Origin: Lingula anatina
Lineage: Eukaryota; Animalia; Brachiopoda
NCBI GenBank assembly: GCA_051362555.1
Contig: CM120646.1
Location: 18,104,001-18,168,000 of the forward strand
Direction: 5' to 3'
DNA: 64,000 bases
Shown: in pieces, positions 37,742-51,412 of the stretch
How the letters are laid out: each line of letters begins with the position of its first letter
Position numbering within the stretch: the first letter of the stretch is position 1
Position numbers and translations under genes: made by a program
Notes under the pieces: model-generated
The model's input: the letters and a program-made list of their open reading frames with translations, nothing else
Databases searched by the model: none
What the model was told of the DNA's origin: nothing

Positions 37742-40700
37742 ATATAAAAAACAAATAAATCAGTAAATAAAATTAAATAAATATTATTAAATAAATAAAC
37801 AACATTTTAAATATAAAATCTAGCCTTTACTTGAAGCGGCAGCCCACATTCTTTCCTCCTGAAACTGTATCATCTGGTAGGTAAACCCCTGACCCTCCTC
37901 TCCCACCACATAACTCTGGGGCACGTGGACATCTTCAAAAAAGATCTGAGCAGTGTCTGAGCAGCGCATGCCCATTTTGTCTATCCTCTTGGATAAGTTG
38001 ATACCTATTGAAATGTAGAAATAGTTCATGATGGAAAATATGAAGATAGAGTTAGTTTTTGGTCTCGAAAGCCTTAATTTATTTCTTAATGCATTGCCAT
38101 TATGCTGCAAAAAATTTCTTAGTATACATGAAATGTTTAAGTTAGATTTGTATTGATAAATTTATTCATAAATTGTCTTTGCAAATTATTATCAAGAGAG
38201 AGAGAGAGAGAGAGAGAGAGATTTCTCAGTTTTTGATCTGATGTTTCTTATTTACCCTTAAGTTCAGCATATAATATCAACTTTTAGTTTTTACTAATAC
38301 AGAGGACAGTACACTCTGTATTTCAGGGTGCAAGTCACACATCTCACCACCAGATATTAGTCACATTAAAGCCTTACCTTTAGCATCCATAGGTAAGCAG
38401 ATAAGGGACTTGTTCTGATGTGGCGGCCCTTCATTGGTGTTGGCGAGGAGACACATCCAGTCAGCTTGGAACCCATTGGTAGTCCACATCTTACCGCCAT
38501 TAATCACATAATCATCCCCTTTCTTCACTGCTGTTGTCTTTATACCTAGTGAATTAAAAACCACAGAGAGAAAGCAAAACCATATATACATACTGGTATA
38601 TTCAGATATACAACATAGAAGAAGACTAAGAAAATGCAAAACACATAAAATGGTTGAGGATATGGGTCAGGTCAATAAGCACTAGTCAAATAAAGGTTGT
38701 TTGAGTTGAAATAGTCTGAAAATCACAACCCGATCAGCGACACTTATCAAATATGAACCATCTGAGGAAGTGGGTTAAGCAAGCTCAGTCTATCGTACTC
38801 TTTGAGTTAAACCCTACATTTGAAGCTTAGGCCCAGCTGCAGGGAAAAGAACAGGGTTATAGTTCAACAAGAGACTTGAATTGCATGCATTCAGCTTAAA
38901 TGGCTTAGATGTCTGGCACGCCTACTGAAGCTGCTAAAAGATATTTAATTCGATCCTGCTAGATCAATATAGGTGTGGGAACAGGATCTTACTTGCAACA
39001 TCTGAGCCAGCACCAGCCTCACTGACTCCAAGACAAGCCACAACATCGCCAGCGATGGACGGCTCCAGAAACTGCCTCTTCAGCTCATCACTTCCAAATC
39101 TGAAAAGTACCGTAACTGATAAATAAAACATGAAATTTCAACCTTTTGGTTATGATTCTAGATTAAAAGATATACACTTTATATGCAAAATCTGTTTTAC
39201 TTTGGTAACAGAATATCATTACGTATGCGTACTTTCAATCCACGCTATATCAGTTACCGGTATACTACACACCACTATGTATGAATTCATTCTAAATAAT
39301 ACATGTTTCTATCACATGTATATTTAAACACAGATTCTACCAATCCAACCCAGGCCAGCAGAAGTGAATATATATGAGAACCTTGTCAATATATAACTGT
39401 ACATAGTTTGATGCATTTGATAAATCATGCATTTACACTGTTCCCTTTAGGTCACACTTTGGATCTTTTTCATAATTAAGATAAAAATTCCATACAAACT
39501 TCATAAACATTTGAGAAAAGGTGCAATTTTGATCACTGTTTCAGAAAAAAGTGCAACATATTTAGTACTAGTAGGCTTATTACTGGCTCAAAATTGCCGT
39601 AGAGTGCATTTTATTTAATGAATCTTTAATATTTCACTCTCAATATTTACTATCAACCATATTCAATTATTTCAACAATGTATCCAATCAGGTTTTCAGA
39701 TTTTTAAAAAAAATTCTAGTCATCCCAAAATACAATACCAAAAATGTTTTTCAGACAATTTTTAAAAAGTAAAAAAAAAGGTATCCCAACAATAACCATA
39801 TTCCAAACATGTTTTTCATTTTAAATTTCCCGTCACCTTAACCATGACAACATAAGTGTTACCTTGCCAGTGCGGGGGTGGCCATATCTGTCTGTACGCC
39901 TATTGCCATGGGAACGCCACCACAGTTGATATGCCCCAGCTCCTCCGCAACTGCCACACTGTAGGTGTAATCCAAACCTAAACCACCATACTCTGTAACA
40001 TAAAATTTAATATCTCAGATGTTTTGAAACATTTTTAATCTTATAAAAGTGGTGCCCAGGGAAAAAATTGCATGGCTTCAGTATACAAACATAATGTCTC
40101 CATGACAGATTTATATTGACAAGGTTAGTTGATTGTGTGTAATTAAGACAAAATCTACAAAAACTGTAAGAAAAGTACATATAATATTATAATACATTCT
40201 CACAGAATATTTTCTGGGTATATGTATTTTTTTCAATTAAACATAAAAACATCAGAAGACAAAAAAAAAATAAATAAATAAAATATTCTTAATTTCTGTG
40301 GCCATCTCTATCCTTTATACATGTATGAATATGTATTCTCAGATTGCTGTTTGTCTCACCTGTAGGTTTAGTGACTCCTAGGAACCCTGCTTGACCTAGT
40401 TTCTTGAACACCTCATGAGCAGGGAACTGTCCCATTTCTTCCCATTCATCAACATATGGGTTGATGTCTTGCTCAATCAGCTGTAAAAAAAAAAAAAAAA
40501 TGTTTGTAAAAATTACAAAGCAGTTCACAAAAACAGCATTTATGTACTGGTAGTAGTAATATCTACTAGAACCACATAACAAGTCATTTTTTTCTTTGAT
40601 TATTACCAGTAAATATTACAATGTAGAGGTACTAGAACATGAATACACCAGCACAAGTTCCACAAATGGTTTGTACACAGTGTCATGCATAGCCACTCTA

Positions 40701-41831
40701 CATGTACCTGACTAGCCGACAGCAAAGAATCTGGATTGAGGTTATCAAAAATAAGCAAATCATGGTAAATGATGAGTTGTAGGTCTGCCATATTTCATGG
40801 TGTGGCAAAATACCCCCCCCCCCCCCCCCACCAAAAAAAAAAAGCCACAAAATATTTTGTTGGTAAAAATCATAACTCATACAAGTGTAAGATTAGAGCT
40901 TCAAATTGCTAGTGATAAATACAAATAACCATTATATAATAATTTATATATATGCAGCTGAAGTGAACTGCATGTGGACCTCTGCTACTGAACGATTTTA
41001 AACAGTAAATGCAACCTGTTTCAGTAGCCATATGCATTAAAATTAAAATTATTATAATTGGTAACAGTTTTGTGACACTTTCTACAAAGTATATTAAAAG
41101 GGGCCATACTGTCTTAATTATTTAAGTGATTTTAGTGACTATTAGTCAATATAACTATTTTGTGTGGTAATATTTTGGCAGTTTTGCGGTAGCCCTCCCC
41201 CATAACTCTGTGATATTCAATATCTTTTCTGAATCAATTTGTGTGGTGACTTTGAGCAATGTCTCAGCTACAAATTAATTACATGTAGTTTGGCAATTAA
41301 TTTACTAATTTCAAGATGATTTTTACCTCAAACTTTATGTCTCCCAAATATCATGAGAGTCGAGTTTATCACTGGGGTGAAATATACTGTATTTCATTAG
41401 TCAAAGAACTTGAAAGTTTATTTAAAAAAGATAAAAAATAACTTTAAGTTAGTAAACGTCCAAACTAATATCTTTGAATAGCAGAGACATTGATCATTCA
41501 CAGTAACCACGACTTAATTTTGATGAACTTTAAAAATGAGAGAGAGTCACAGGGTGGGTGGGTGAATACTGCAAAAGTACCAATATTTTTCACACATGAC
41601 GCTACCGACACCACGTTCTTATTTCTTTCTTGAAACTCAAAAATTATGTTGTGAACTCTGTACCCTGCCTAATGACCGCCGCAGTTCCTTATGCTCCTGG
41701 GTGAAAAGTTGCGCTGTGTCAGGTTCTTTCGCCTCGTTTACCGCAGCATGTGCACTGAATCCTCTGCCATGTTCAATTATTGTTAACCTATTCCTTATTG
41801 CAGAAAAACAACTTCGACAAACTGACAACAT
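36040..41831 (-). CDS. Mitochondrial-type acyl-CoA dehydrogenase (acdh-6 / citronellyl-CoA dehydrogenase AtuD-like), 427 aa. Exons 41831-41664, 40480-40360, 39992-39863, 39099-38993, 38545-38378, 38004-37831, 37392-37231, 36873-36723, 36142-36040
   Basis: Nine GT-AG exons join in frame (1284 nt). ACAD motifs: [68 protein letters not shown]. The Arg/Ser-rich N-terminus resembles a mitochondrial transit peptide. Confidence 0.93.
36975..37256. repeat. 32-bp minisatellite overlapping the exon-7 splice donor of the dehydrogenase
   Basis: Unit CCTACAACCATGTATGGTAATGATCACACCCA: about 4 exact copies plus several diverged ones. Confidence 0.9.
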
Positions 41832-41839
41832 TTTTTTGT

Positions 41840-42235
41840 TTTTTGTTTAGAAAGAAAAATGGCTACCGATTGCACACGATAAGTACACAAGACAATCTAC
41901 TAAAACAAATCCATAATACCTAAGATTGACTGGATTAATGTTCCATTTAATAACTTTATCTTTTTATTTATTTGGATGCAATATGATATATAATGAAGGA
42001 AAACAAATATCTTTGCTAAAGTCGGCAACTTGATATTATTATTTTTATACATATTATCGATGGTCACTCGTTTTTGTATTCAACTTCCGGTCGTATCGTC
42101 TTGGTGTAATTTGCGTCGTCTAATACGTGACAAATGTAGAAAGCCTCCCAGAAACGTGGTTAATTTTTCGTAAACTGAGGTCACACAGCAGCTTTGTTCA
42201 ATTTAGACCCAAATGCAGTTTTGGAAGTGGTAAGT
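41840..42235. promoter_or_regulatory. Probable bidirectional promoter, with a candidate non-coding first exon of the nuclear receptor on + (donor at 42229/42230)
   Basis: Directly upstream of the dehydrogenase ATG. Locally CpG-richer, perfect ETS motif ACTTCCGGT 42083-42091, YY1-like AAAATGGC near 41856, strong + strand donor GTG|GTAAGT. I found no other host gene between here and the receptor acceptor at 51790. Confidence 0.45.
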
Positions 42236-42275
42236 GAATGTTTAATAATTATTATATTTTTCAATGCACAGTATG

Positions 42276-42443
42276 CAGGGGCGGATTTAGGCCGTCTTCT
42301 GGGTCTTCCGGAAGACGGTCAGATTTTCAGGTTTACATTGACGGGTATCTAATTTTTTCTGTCGGAAGACGGTCAAAAATAAAGGGTGAATCAATAAAGA
42401 TAATTCAGAAGTCTGTCACAAAATATCTCTGGATCCGCCCCTG
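42276..42443 (+). mobile_element. MITE family A copy
   Basis: TIR CAGGGGCGGAT...ATCCGCCCCTG; perfect TSD GTATG. Confidence 0.85.
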
Positions 42444-43179
42444 GTATGTAAGTAAAATGTGATATAGCTAGACTATTGTTCTATTTTAAATATCAAAATC
42501 ATAGCTTTAATATTCTTAATTTCATTTTTCTTGACCGATTTTTCTTTCATAGTTATTATCATATGTGAGGAAGGATCATACTTAAATTTGCAATACAGTG
42601 CAACACAGCATAATATGCTAGAGACTTTTTCTCTGAAACTTACTTCATACAAGATTTAGATATAGCACAGGAAATGGTCATTAGTAAGAAAATGGGGTGA
42701 TATAAATGCTAAATATATCACTAAGTAATTAATATCGTTAGATGAGTTGTCAGGTCATCCACCATATTGGACAGTCAAGCAGAGCCACTAACGATATCAA
42801 TTTCTTAGTAATGAGTCTGTAATGTTTACCACTGGCTAGACTGCTAATTGCAATAAAAATTGGACCTGGCCAGTGAAATTTCTGAAAAACAATCACAGGC
42901 CAGGGTCCCGATTTTTTTCAGCTGTGACATGTAGTCTTATTTCTTTTCTAAATTTTCAGGCTATAAATATTGAATTGAAGTCTTTTTTTTTTTTTTTTTT
43001 TTTTTAGCAACCTTTTGAAACCCCCAATGTTTTTGTTCTTATTAATAGGAGACATGTTCACTGTAATCTCATTATGTAAATAAGAGTAATTATTTTTTCT
43101 TTGAAAAATGGACTTGTGCCAGAAAATTTTAAATTGGACCAGTAGATACTCAGACCCTGGTGGTCTGGTTGGCATGTAA

Positions 43180-43347
43180 CAGGGGTGGATTTAGGCCGTC
43201 TTCTGGGTCTTCCGGAAGACGGTCATATTTTCAAGTTTACATTGACGGGTATCCATGTTTTCATATTGGAAGATGGTCAAAATTAGAGGGTGAATCAACA
43301 AAGATAATTTGGAAGACTGTTAGAAAATAACTCTGGGTCCGCCCCTG
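43180..43347 (+). mobile_element. MITE family A copy
   Basis: Same internal sequence; perfect TSD TGTAA. Confidence 0.85.
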
Positions 43348-43909
43348 TGTAAGCTGAAAAGTACTGTATATACTGGTATTTGACACAGCCTGCCATTTTC
43401 TTGCAAATGGCTGTTTCCTGTGTTCAGTTAAGTCTGGAGGCCATTTTCTCTTGTGCAGGTTGTTTCCCCATGCTGTTTTGTAGTGCATTTTAGGGACCAT
43501 TCCCACATATATTTGGATCGATTTATCTCTCTGGGGAGTCTCACTAAATTGCTATCAACTTAACTGGCTTAAATGTCTGGCACGCCTAGTAAAGCTGTTA
43601 GGGGGTTATTATCTTTAGCCCCTAGCTGTTTTGATAGGTGTGACAGACATTTAAGCCGGTTATGTTTATGAGCACAGCAGATTCAGATAAATCAAAACTG
43701 GAAGAAGGTGATTATAAGCTTTTGAACTTGAATAATTTGAACTATAATCATGTGTTTTCCCCAGTTGCCCCCTTTGCTAAGATTTTGAATATAACAGCAG
43801 TGTTTGACCTTCGTTTGAATTAGCATAGGCCAATTTGGCCAGTGAGTTTTGCAAGTTACAGGCCAAACTGAAAATGTATAAGCCAGATTTGGCCTGTTTT
43901 ATTAAGAAG

Positions 43910-44524
43910 CACCCTGAGCTTCAGAGCTAACTTGACACTAACCTTTTCACTGTAGCCTATCTCCATCGTGTCAAGTAACCTCTGACGAAAATAGTTTGAC
44001 CTATTTTATATAAGCCAATCGAATCCATGTTTCAAAATTTTTCACCAAAGTTTGGTGAAAACGCTGATTGGTTGATTGTCAATCGGCAATCCTCGGCTGA
44101 TTCTTCAAGCTCCATACTAACAACATAGTTATTGTCGAGTGCGGAGACATCCGAGTAGTTCCGAGTGGTTCCGAGTGCATAACCGTACACAAAGAAAGCA
44201 TGGAGTATATCGGAATTGAAACCAGAGCAGTATGATGCCCTGCATCATTATCTACTGAGAGACGATGTTATTTGCGTGCTGCCCACAGGTTACGGCAAGA
44301 CCCTGATATTCAGCCTTATCTTTGATTGGTCCGGATTTGAACAAAGCGCGCTTTGACTCGTTCGCGTTCATTGGCTAGATCGTTTAATGAGTCATTGAGT
44401 GCGGGCTTTTAAATTTGATTGGCGGGCGGCGGAGGCAATCGAATCTGGTCAGAGGTTACTTGACACGATGGAGATAGGCTACAGTGAAAAGGTTAGTGTC
44501 AAGTTAGCTCTGAAGCTCAGGGTG
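43910..44524 (+). mobile_element. 615-bp non-autonomous DNA transposon with perfect 77-bp TIRs, 8-bp TSD and a RecQ-type helicase fragment (AcademH-like)
   Basis: 43910-43986 is the exact reverse complement of 44448-44524; TSD TTAAGAAG. 44213-44317 translates as ELKPEQYDALHHYLLRDDVICVLPTGYGKTLIFSL (SF2 Q-motif and motif I). Confidence 0.8.
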
Positions 44525-44782
44525 TTAAGAAGTTACCAGCCAAATATTCAAAGTGCAGGCCATGTGGTAATGACTGATGGTTGAGATGTTATCAGGTACC
44601 AATGCTGCATAGTTAGTCATACATCACATGCAAATAAAGATAAAATTAAAAACTGTTTTGATCAATCGTTTTACTCATTTTAGGCTCTGATTTTGATGAA
44701 AATTTCAGGAACTGTCAGAAGTGGGCCAAGGAACAGATGATTAGTTTTTGGTGGTGATCCAGATCATTAATCAATAATAATA

Positions 44783-44949
44783 CAGGGGCGGATTTAGGCC
44801 GTCTTCTGGGTCTTCCGGAAGACGGTCGGATTTTCAAGTTTACATTGACGGGTATCTGATTTTTTCTGTCGGAAGACGGTCAAAAATGGAGGATGGATCA
44901 ACAAAAATAATTTGGAAGACTGGCAGAAATATGTCTGGATCCGCCCCTG
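44783..44949 (+). mobile_element. MITE family A copy nested in a Helentron-like element (about 44688-45005)
   Basis: Perfect TSD TAATA. The host flanks match the uninterrupted element at 30068-30320. Confidence 0.85.
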
Positions 44950-45697
44950 TAATAAAAAAAATGCTGCCTTGGCGGAGGTCTGCACTCTCGGAGTGCTTTT
45001 TTAGTTTAATATGGATTAATCTGGGTTAGCTCCTATAATGAAATGTAGATCTTATTAAAAGCTTACATGAATCACACATATTAACTTGAAGATTGAGCTT
45101 TTTATTTTTATTTTTTAACATTAAAATCTGGGAAGTTTATGAATAAATGTGATAATTTTGATAGCATTATTCAAATTGTCTTAACTACGATAACAGTAAT
45201 TTTCCCTATCACACTTATATGTAACCTTGACCTTACTTTAATTATTTTATTTTAGTGTCTTTAATGTTCTGTTCAAAATTTATGTTCACCATACAGTATC
45301 CTCTAAATCCACTGTAAATGGTATCCCAAAAAAGTAAATGGCCCCTGAGACCATTTCACATGATTTTTTTCTGATCTCTTATTCCATGTACATCTGTACC
45401 TCGAAGGTCTGATTTTTGTACAACTTGTTTTTCGATTATTTGGCTTTCAGCCAGAAAATTGAACAAATTGATCTATTAGCAAGTGGCTACTTTGCAATGC
45501 ATGTTTTGGTCCCATCTAACAAAATAGCACCGTTTCTTACCATAGCTCCCATTATTTCTACACAAAACAAATACAGGTTTAAGGTAAAATTTCTTCTCTA
45601 CATCCACAATACACCTTGAAAAAAGATAAATGTTTTTCCACCTTGAATCACCCACCCCTAAAAATCTGTGAAAAATATCAATCCATCTTATATTTTC

Positions 45698-45976
45698 CTA
45701 AACATTTAAAGAATTTCCAAGATAATGAATCTTGTACTTTTCAAAATCAACCATTTGTCTTAACCCTGGTATATTGTTCTCATTACAAAACTGCATAAAA
45801 TCTGATAAAAGCTTTGTATCCCCCCCCCCACCCCCACCCCCACCCCCCAACTTCCTGCCCACTATAAACCCCTTCTGGTTTTCTATTATTATTTTTTGGA
45901 GATGTGATTTTATTTTATTTGCAATAATTCTTGATAAAATCTTATAAATGACATTTAAAAGGTAAATAGGCCTCAA
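45698..45976 (-). mobile_element. Decayed non-LTR retrotransposon (L1/Tx1-like) reverse transcriptase fragment
   Basis: RPIYLLNVIYKILSRIIANKIKSHLQKII.ENQKGFIVGR...DFEK matches the LINE RT RPISLLNxDYKI / QxGF / DFEKAFD motifs; interrupted by a poly-G run and frameshifts. Confidence 0.8.
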
Positions 45977-48691
45977 ATATTAAAATAATCACATGTTTGG
46001 GAGATATATACACTGTATATTTTTATCTGTCTATCTATATATTATACACATGATACTTGACATAAATTGTAATGTTATGTTGATTATATACTGCTCTGAA
46101 AGAAGACTGAATAATCTTGATTTTGATCAGCAAATCTCCCAAATGAAATATATTCATTTGGAAGTGGAATTCATTAACATTTAATCAGAGAGTAATTAAG
46201 ACATTTACAAGTGCAAATAAGCTAGACTCAGTGGCGAAAGATTGAGAAAAGGGTATAAAGATTTGAAAAATGCAAGAATATTGATCGTACACCTTTAAGT
46301 ACAATAGACTTAATTCAATTTTAGGTCACTCGGTCAATAGGGGATTTGTTTTGAATTGGGGAAAAAAAGTACATTAGGACTTTGCAAGATATGTGTACCA
46401 ATACACAAAGAAAATATTAATTTAGGACAGTTTCAGATGGGGAAAGAGAGTATATCATATATCATAAAGTCAAAAGTAAAATATTGCATAGCACAGTGGA
46501 AACACAAATATTGATCTCAGCCTACTTTAATTTCAAATACAGTTAATTTTGTTAAGATGTAGAGACGCACTTGTAAGTCATACTTTAGGCAGATGGATTT
46601 TGTGTTTCTGCGTCCATTCGCAGACAAGAAATCGTGACAAGAAGAGTGTTTGTGTATACAGGAAAAACATGAAAACTGATTCTTCATTAAAATGCTGTAA
46701 TAAGACTTTTTTTTTTTTTGATAACTAAGACACCTAATTTCCTGGCAGTATTTGTAAGTTATTAATATCTGAAGTTCATTTTCCCCATCAAAGTACTAGC
46801 TATAGTACTCAACCACTAGTTATCTAGAGATTGATCTGGATCTTAGACTGAACATTATTTTCAAAATTGACAAGTGAACATGGCTCTGATATTTTTAAGC
46901 TTTCTTGGAAAGGCCAGCTCGGGAATCTTCTTTAAAATCAAATATCGGTTCTCTAATTAAATTCAGTAGCTTTTATTTAACAAAGCAGTGGATTTTATGC
47001 CCCACCATTTTTGTAATTATGAATATTTTCATTCACATATCTGATTCCGCAGTTCTTGTTTGTCATGAAAGCAGTAAGTTTTTGATTTCACTAATTTGTA
47101 AAGAAAGACCTTTTCATAATCCGTGTGTTGCATGACAACAAAATCCTGCAAAGCATCATTCCCCAATTATTTACTGTAGTTTTTATTCAACATTGTAATC
47201 AAGATACTATAAGTACATTTACCTCTCCCAAGACATGAATCAGATTATGCATGTTTTAAACCTGACTGAGGTTGTAGCAGTGAGGTTATATTTTTTTATC
47301 TATAGACAGGCATTGTTATTAGAATTTTAAAATTTCATAATTTGTTTCTTCTAACGCTCCTGTTTCACAATCTCTGAGACATCATGAAGTCAACGTGACC
47401 TGTTTTTCAGTTCCAAAGTTTTCTATGTTACAGGAGTCGCTAGACGACCCATATCAACATTATTATGACACCTCTGTGTTGCTATGGAAAAGTTTTATTG
47501 AGCCACATCTTCATTTGTCCTTCAAAGCAGATGTTCAGATTTTATCATCAGCAGTGAAAAATTGGGCTTTTCTTCAATAATGAATGTCGTCTAGCTTCTG
47601 CAGGTTATAAGTATGGATCAGATGAGGTTAATAAATATCCGGAGTAACCTTGGGTTTTTCATGTGTTCCTTCAGGAATGGATTCATGACTTATTTTGTAG
47701 TTAGTCTGCAGATCAGTTGGTTGGAAATGCTCTCATTGTTTCTAGTAGTATTGCTGTTCCTGTCTGAAACATCTGCCAATTTAAACTTTTATATATTTTG
47801 TTTTACTTGAAATTTACTGAGTAGCATTGATTAATAAAAAGTTCCCTTTGAAGTTCAGCACAATTGGATTCATATTTTTAACATTATAATAAATTGATTT
47901 TTTTTTTTATCTGGGGGTGTTGCATATATTTGGCAGATTTCACCTCATAAGTGCAAATCCGTTCTTTTGTTTTACTTCAGTTTAAATTTGCAATGTGGTC
48001 TTATATGATAGTAAGGCAGGTTCCTCACACAAATCAGTATGATGGGATTATATTTATGAAAGTTACAGATTTTTTTGAGTTGTTGTATATGAACTTTGGC
48101 GATGTTCACCATGTAAGTGCCAAACTCTATTTTTTTTAAATGTTTTTTTTTTCATTGTTTACCCTATATATGCCAAGAAGTGTAGCTATACAGAACTATA
48201 TATACAACAGTTATGTATGATTATGAAAACTATGTACATTTTAATATGTATTACTGTTTTTACGTGTGGTCATTTTGTGAATCTATAAAATTGTAAATGA
48301 GTTAATGCTTGTAGGGAATGTTGTTAGCAACACAGACAAACTAGTACTCGTATACTATAAAGCTAAGAGCACAGTTGTTAAGCCGTCAGAGGCCTAGAAT
48401 TCTACTTGTGAGAGGTATGTATTGAGAACGTGTGCTGAAACAGTATTGGCTTAATTTTAAGTTAAGAGGTCAAAGAAGTAAGATGACTGCAGAAGGAACA
48501 CAATTAAGCTATGAATTAATATTGACAAACAAGGCTAAAGGAAACTGTATAACAGGTAGTTGTAATGGCCACATGTGAGCTTGGGGAAAAGCAAGCATAT
48601 GGATCGGTATGGTTTGAAAATAATTAGGTTAGTGCAGTGGATTAATGCAGTACAATAGCAAGAGAGGGGTATGAGGACAATTCCCCTGCAG

Positions 48692-48724
<33 letters not shown>

Positions 48725-49914
48725 CCGGCAATTCCCCCTGCACTGTATATAATGATGAGAATAAACAATGTGATATTGAGAAAAATTATAAATACCTTCT
48801 TTTTATTAGAAAGTATCTCCAGGTAGAGTTGAGTAAACAATCTCACTTATCCAGGTATCCTTTTGATGAACTGACTGATATTTTTAATTGCTTTACCCCC
48901 ACCCCCCTCATCACACTGCTTGACAATAATCAAGATGCATCACCAAGTAAAGGTGGGATTAACAGATAATCTCACTCATCCAGGTATCCATTTGATGAAC
49001 TTATTGTCAATTGAAATTATTTCTCCATTACCCCATGACACAAATATAAAACTTCAAAACTTTTTTTGCTATCATTATTTTTATTATTAATTTAAGCTGT
49101 TATTTAGAAAACTCGCTAACATCACAGAGATGGAGACAAAAAGGCATTTTTTTGCCTGTAGAAAAAAAAAGATATAAAGGAAGTATTTGTTTGATTAATA
49201 AATAGATATACAAATAAACAAATTTACAAATTTTGCATTATAGTTACATATGAACGAAGCCAGCTAGATTTCCTGTAAGACAAATAATAAAATCACTATA
49301 CTACCAGTACCCCATGCAATTTGGCCACATGTCAAAGGATAAACCAAACTTTGACCAGTCCATAAGAAGATTTAAAACTGCACTTTCTTCAAATTTCTGG
49401 TGGTAAACTTGGCTAACATGCACTTAAATCCATCCATTAACTTCTTAACAGTTTGTCAAATGAGGAAGTGATGAATGATGCATTAATTACTGTTGCACAT
49501 GCAATAACAGTTAAGTTTATTTAGGTTTGGCAAAAATGGCAGAGGGTTACATGTAGCACAAAAAAAAGCTGAAAATAATCTGTTTAAAAATCATTTTTCC
49601 AGAAATATGTAATAATGCCTTTTGGGGTTACTTAAAGTTATGGTATTTGAAACTGCGCGGTGGCATATGGTCGGGTTACTAGTAAGTGGCGGTGGCATAT
49701 GGTCAGGTTAAGTGTATATATATATTGACATGTCAACCCTCTTTGAATTCATCTTTTATAGTAGATACCAGTAGGTTTAGTAGAGCAACAAATGTACTTT
49801 AATGTCATAAGGCAGCAGTATTAAAAGTACCCTGACCTGTTTCTGCGCATGCACATCACCTGTAGGTGTATGATCTGGAGAGCTGAGCCCGTGGATGGTG
49901 CAGAAGAAAAATGC

Positions 49915-50640
49915 CGGATGAGGTGAAAATTTGGAAACAGGGAAGGAAAAAATGGAACAGAAAAAAAGATTGTAGCAGAAATAGTGGAAATATGATCTAT
50001 GTAAGTGAGGCAAAATATGTGTTATGGGTTAGAAATCCTACAGTAATAATAGTGTGTAGCCAAGTGCTATATATTATTTGTACTGAAATAGGTGAACATA
50101 ATTTCTCTTAATGGAAAAATATCTGTAGATTTTTATTTACACAATGAACCATAAAATTACGAGTGTGTTGTTAATTTTCTTTTTTGATACATGCTAGGGA
50201 GACGTGTGGCCTAAATTTGAATATGAAGTTCAAGAGATTTGCTGTTCAGTATAGGCCCTGATGATGTATGTCAGTGTACGATAAAAAAAGCCTAACAAGG
50301 TGAAAACTTGGAAACAGGGAAGGAAAAATGAGATCAGAAAAAAGAGATTATAGTGGAAATAATGGAAATAAAATGTGACATATGTACACAAAATAATTGA
50401 TATCTATAAAAAATGTGTATTAATTGGGTTAGATATGTTACATTGCTAATAACAATCATTTACTGGTTTTACAGGAAGAGGTTAACATAATTTATCACAA
50501 TAAAAAATATATATATGCAGATATTTATTTATACATAAATCCAAGGAATTATGTATACTAGTATGCATCTATGTTCATTTTGATACAAGCTAGATATAGA
50601 CGTGTGCTTGATTGATAAAGTTGCAAGTCACATATAGGCC
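49915..50640. repeat. Old, diverged tandem duplication (period about 380 bp)
   Basis: AGGTGAAAA.TTGGAAACAGGGAAGGAAAAA at 49921 and 50298, with further collinear matches downstream. Confidence 0.6.
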
Positions 50641-50644
50641 AGGA

Positions 50645-50866
50645 TGACGTCAGTGGATGGGAAACTACCATTCAAAACCATCAATTTAAGACAATATTTA
50701 AAAATTTAGGCAGCAGGATATTGAGGCATACATGCACATTGTCTTAACAGTTTAAAAAGTAGCAAGCAGACAGTGGACTGAGAGGTCCAACTATGTAGGT
50801 ATGTGCGTCTGTACTTTACCCAGGTTCTGAACTTTAACTAGGTCAATATTTCTCAGGTCAAGTTCA
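50645..50866 (+). promoter_or_regulatory. CRE plus nuclear-receptor half-site cluster (ER6 and DR0), about 1 kb upstream of the HR96 start codon
   Basis: TGACGTCA 50645-50652; donor-like TAG|GTATGT at 50798/50799; TGAACT-ttaact-AGGTCA 50828-50845; AGGTCA-AGTTCA 50855-50866. Confidence 0.45.
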
Positions 50867-50882
50867 CCGCCATATCACTTAA

Positions 50883-50931
<49 letters not shown>

Positions 50932-51372
50932 CATGAACTGAATGAATTCTTAAGGAGTGACTGAATGGTTACTTAATTGGGAAAGAATTTTGCCTGGTAG
51001 CTTATTATAGTTTAGTGCTGATATTTAGTTTTCTTTTGCCAGTAGTGTTTAACAAGGTTAGCAAGCATGCACTGTATCAATGGATCCTGATTTCATTATG
51101 AGGGCAGGCGAGGTCAAAAGCTGCAGGGTCAGTCTGTTGGTGATGTTGACCCAGTCATAAAGGTACTCAAAACAAAAAGATGGCTCTGAATAAGTCAGAC
51201 GACTTGTACATATATACGTGTTTGTTAAATAGATAAGTAGTTCACTTAATTTAGTGAAGATGGTTGGCCTGTTTTGATACATTGATACATTTTTTTTAAT
51301 CAATTCATTAGTCTATTTTTAAAGATGAAATAGCATGATTTAGTAGATACTGGTACACTTTACTTCCTTGGT

Positions 51373-51412
<40 letters not shown>

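Noticed and set aside
36040-41831. Recent horizontal transfer or bacterial contamination of the AtuD-like dehydrogenase
   Set aside because: Eight spliceosomal introns, a transit-peptide-like N-terminus and host repeats in the introns; this ACAD subfamily is known in other animals.
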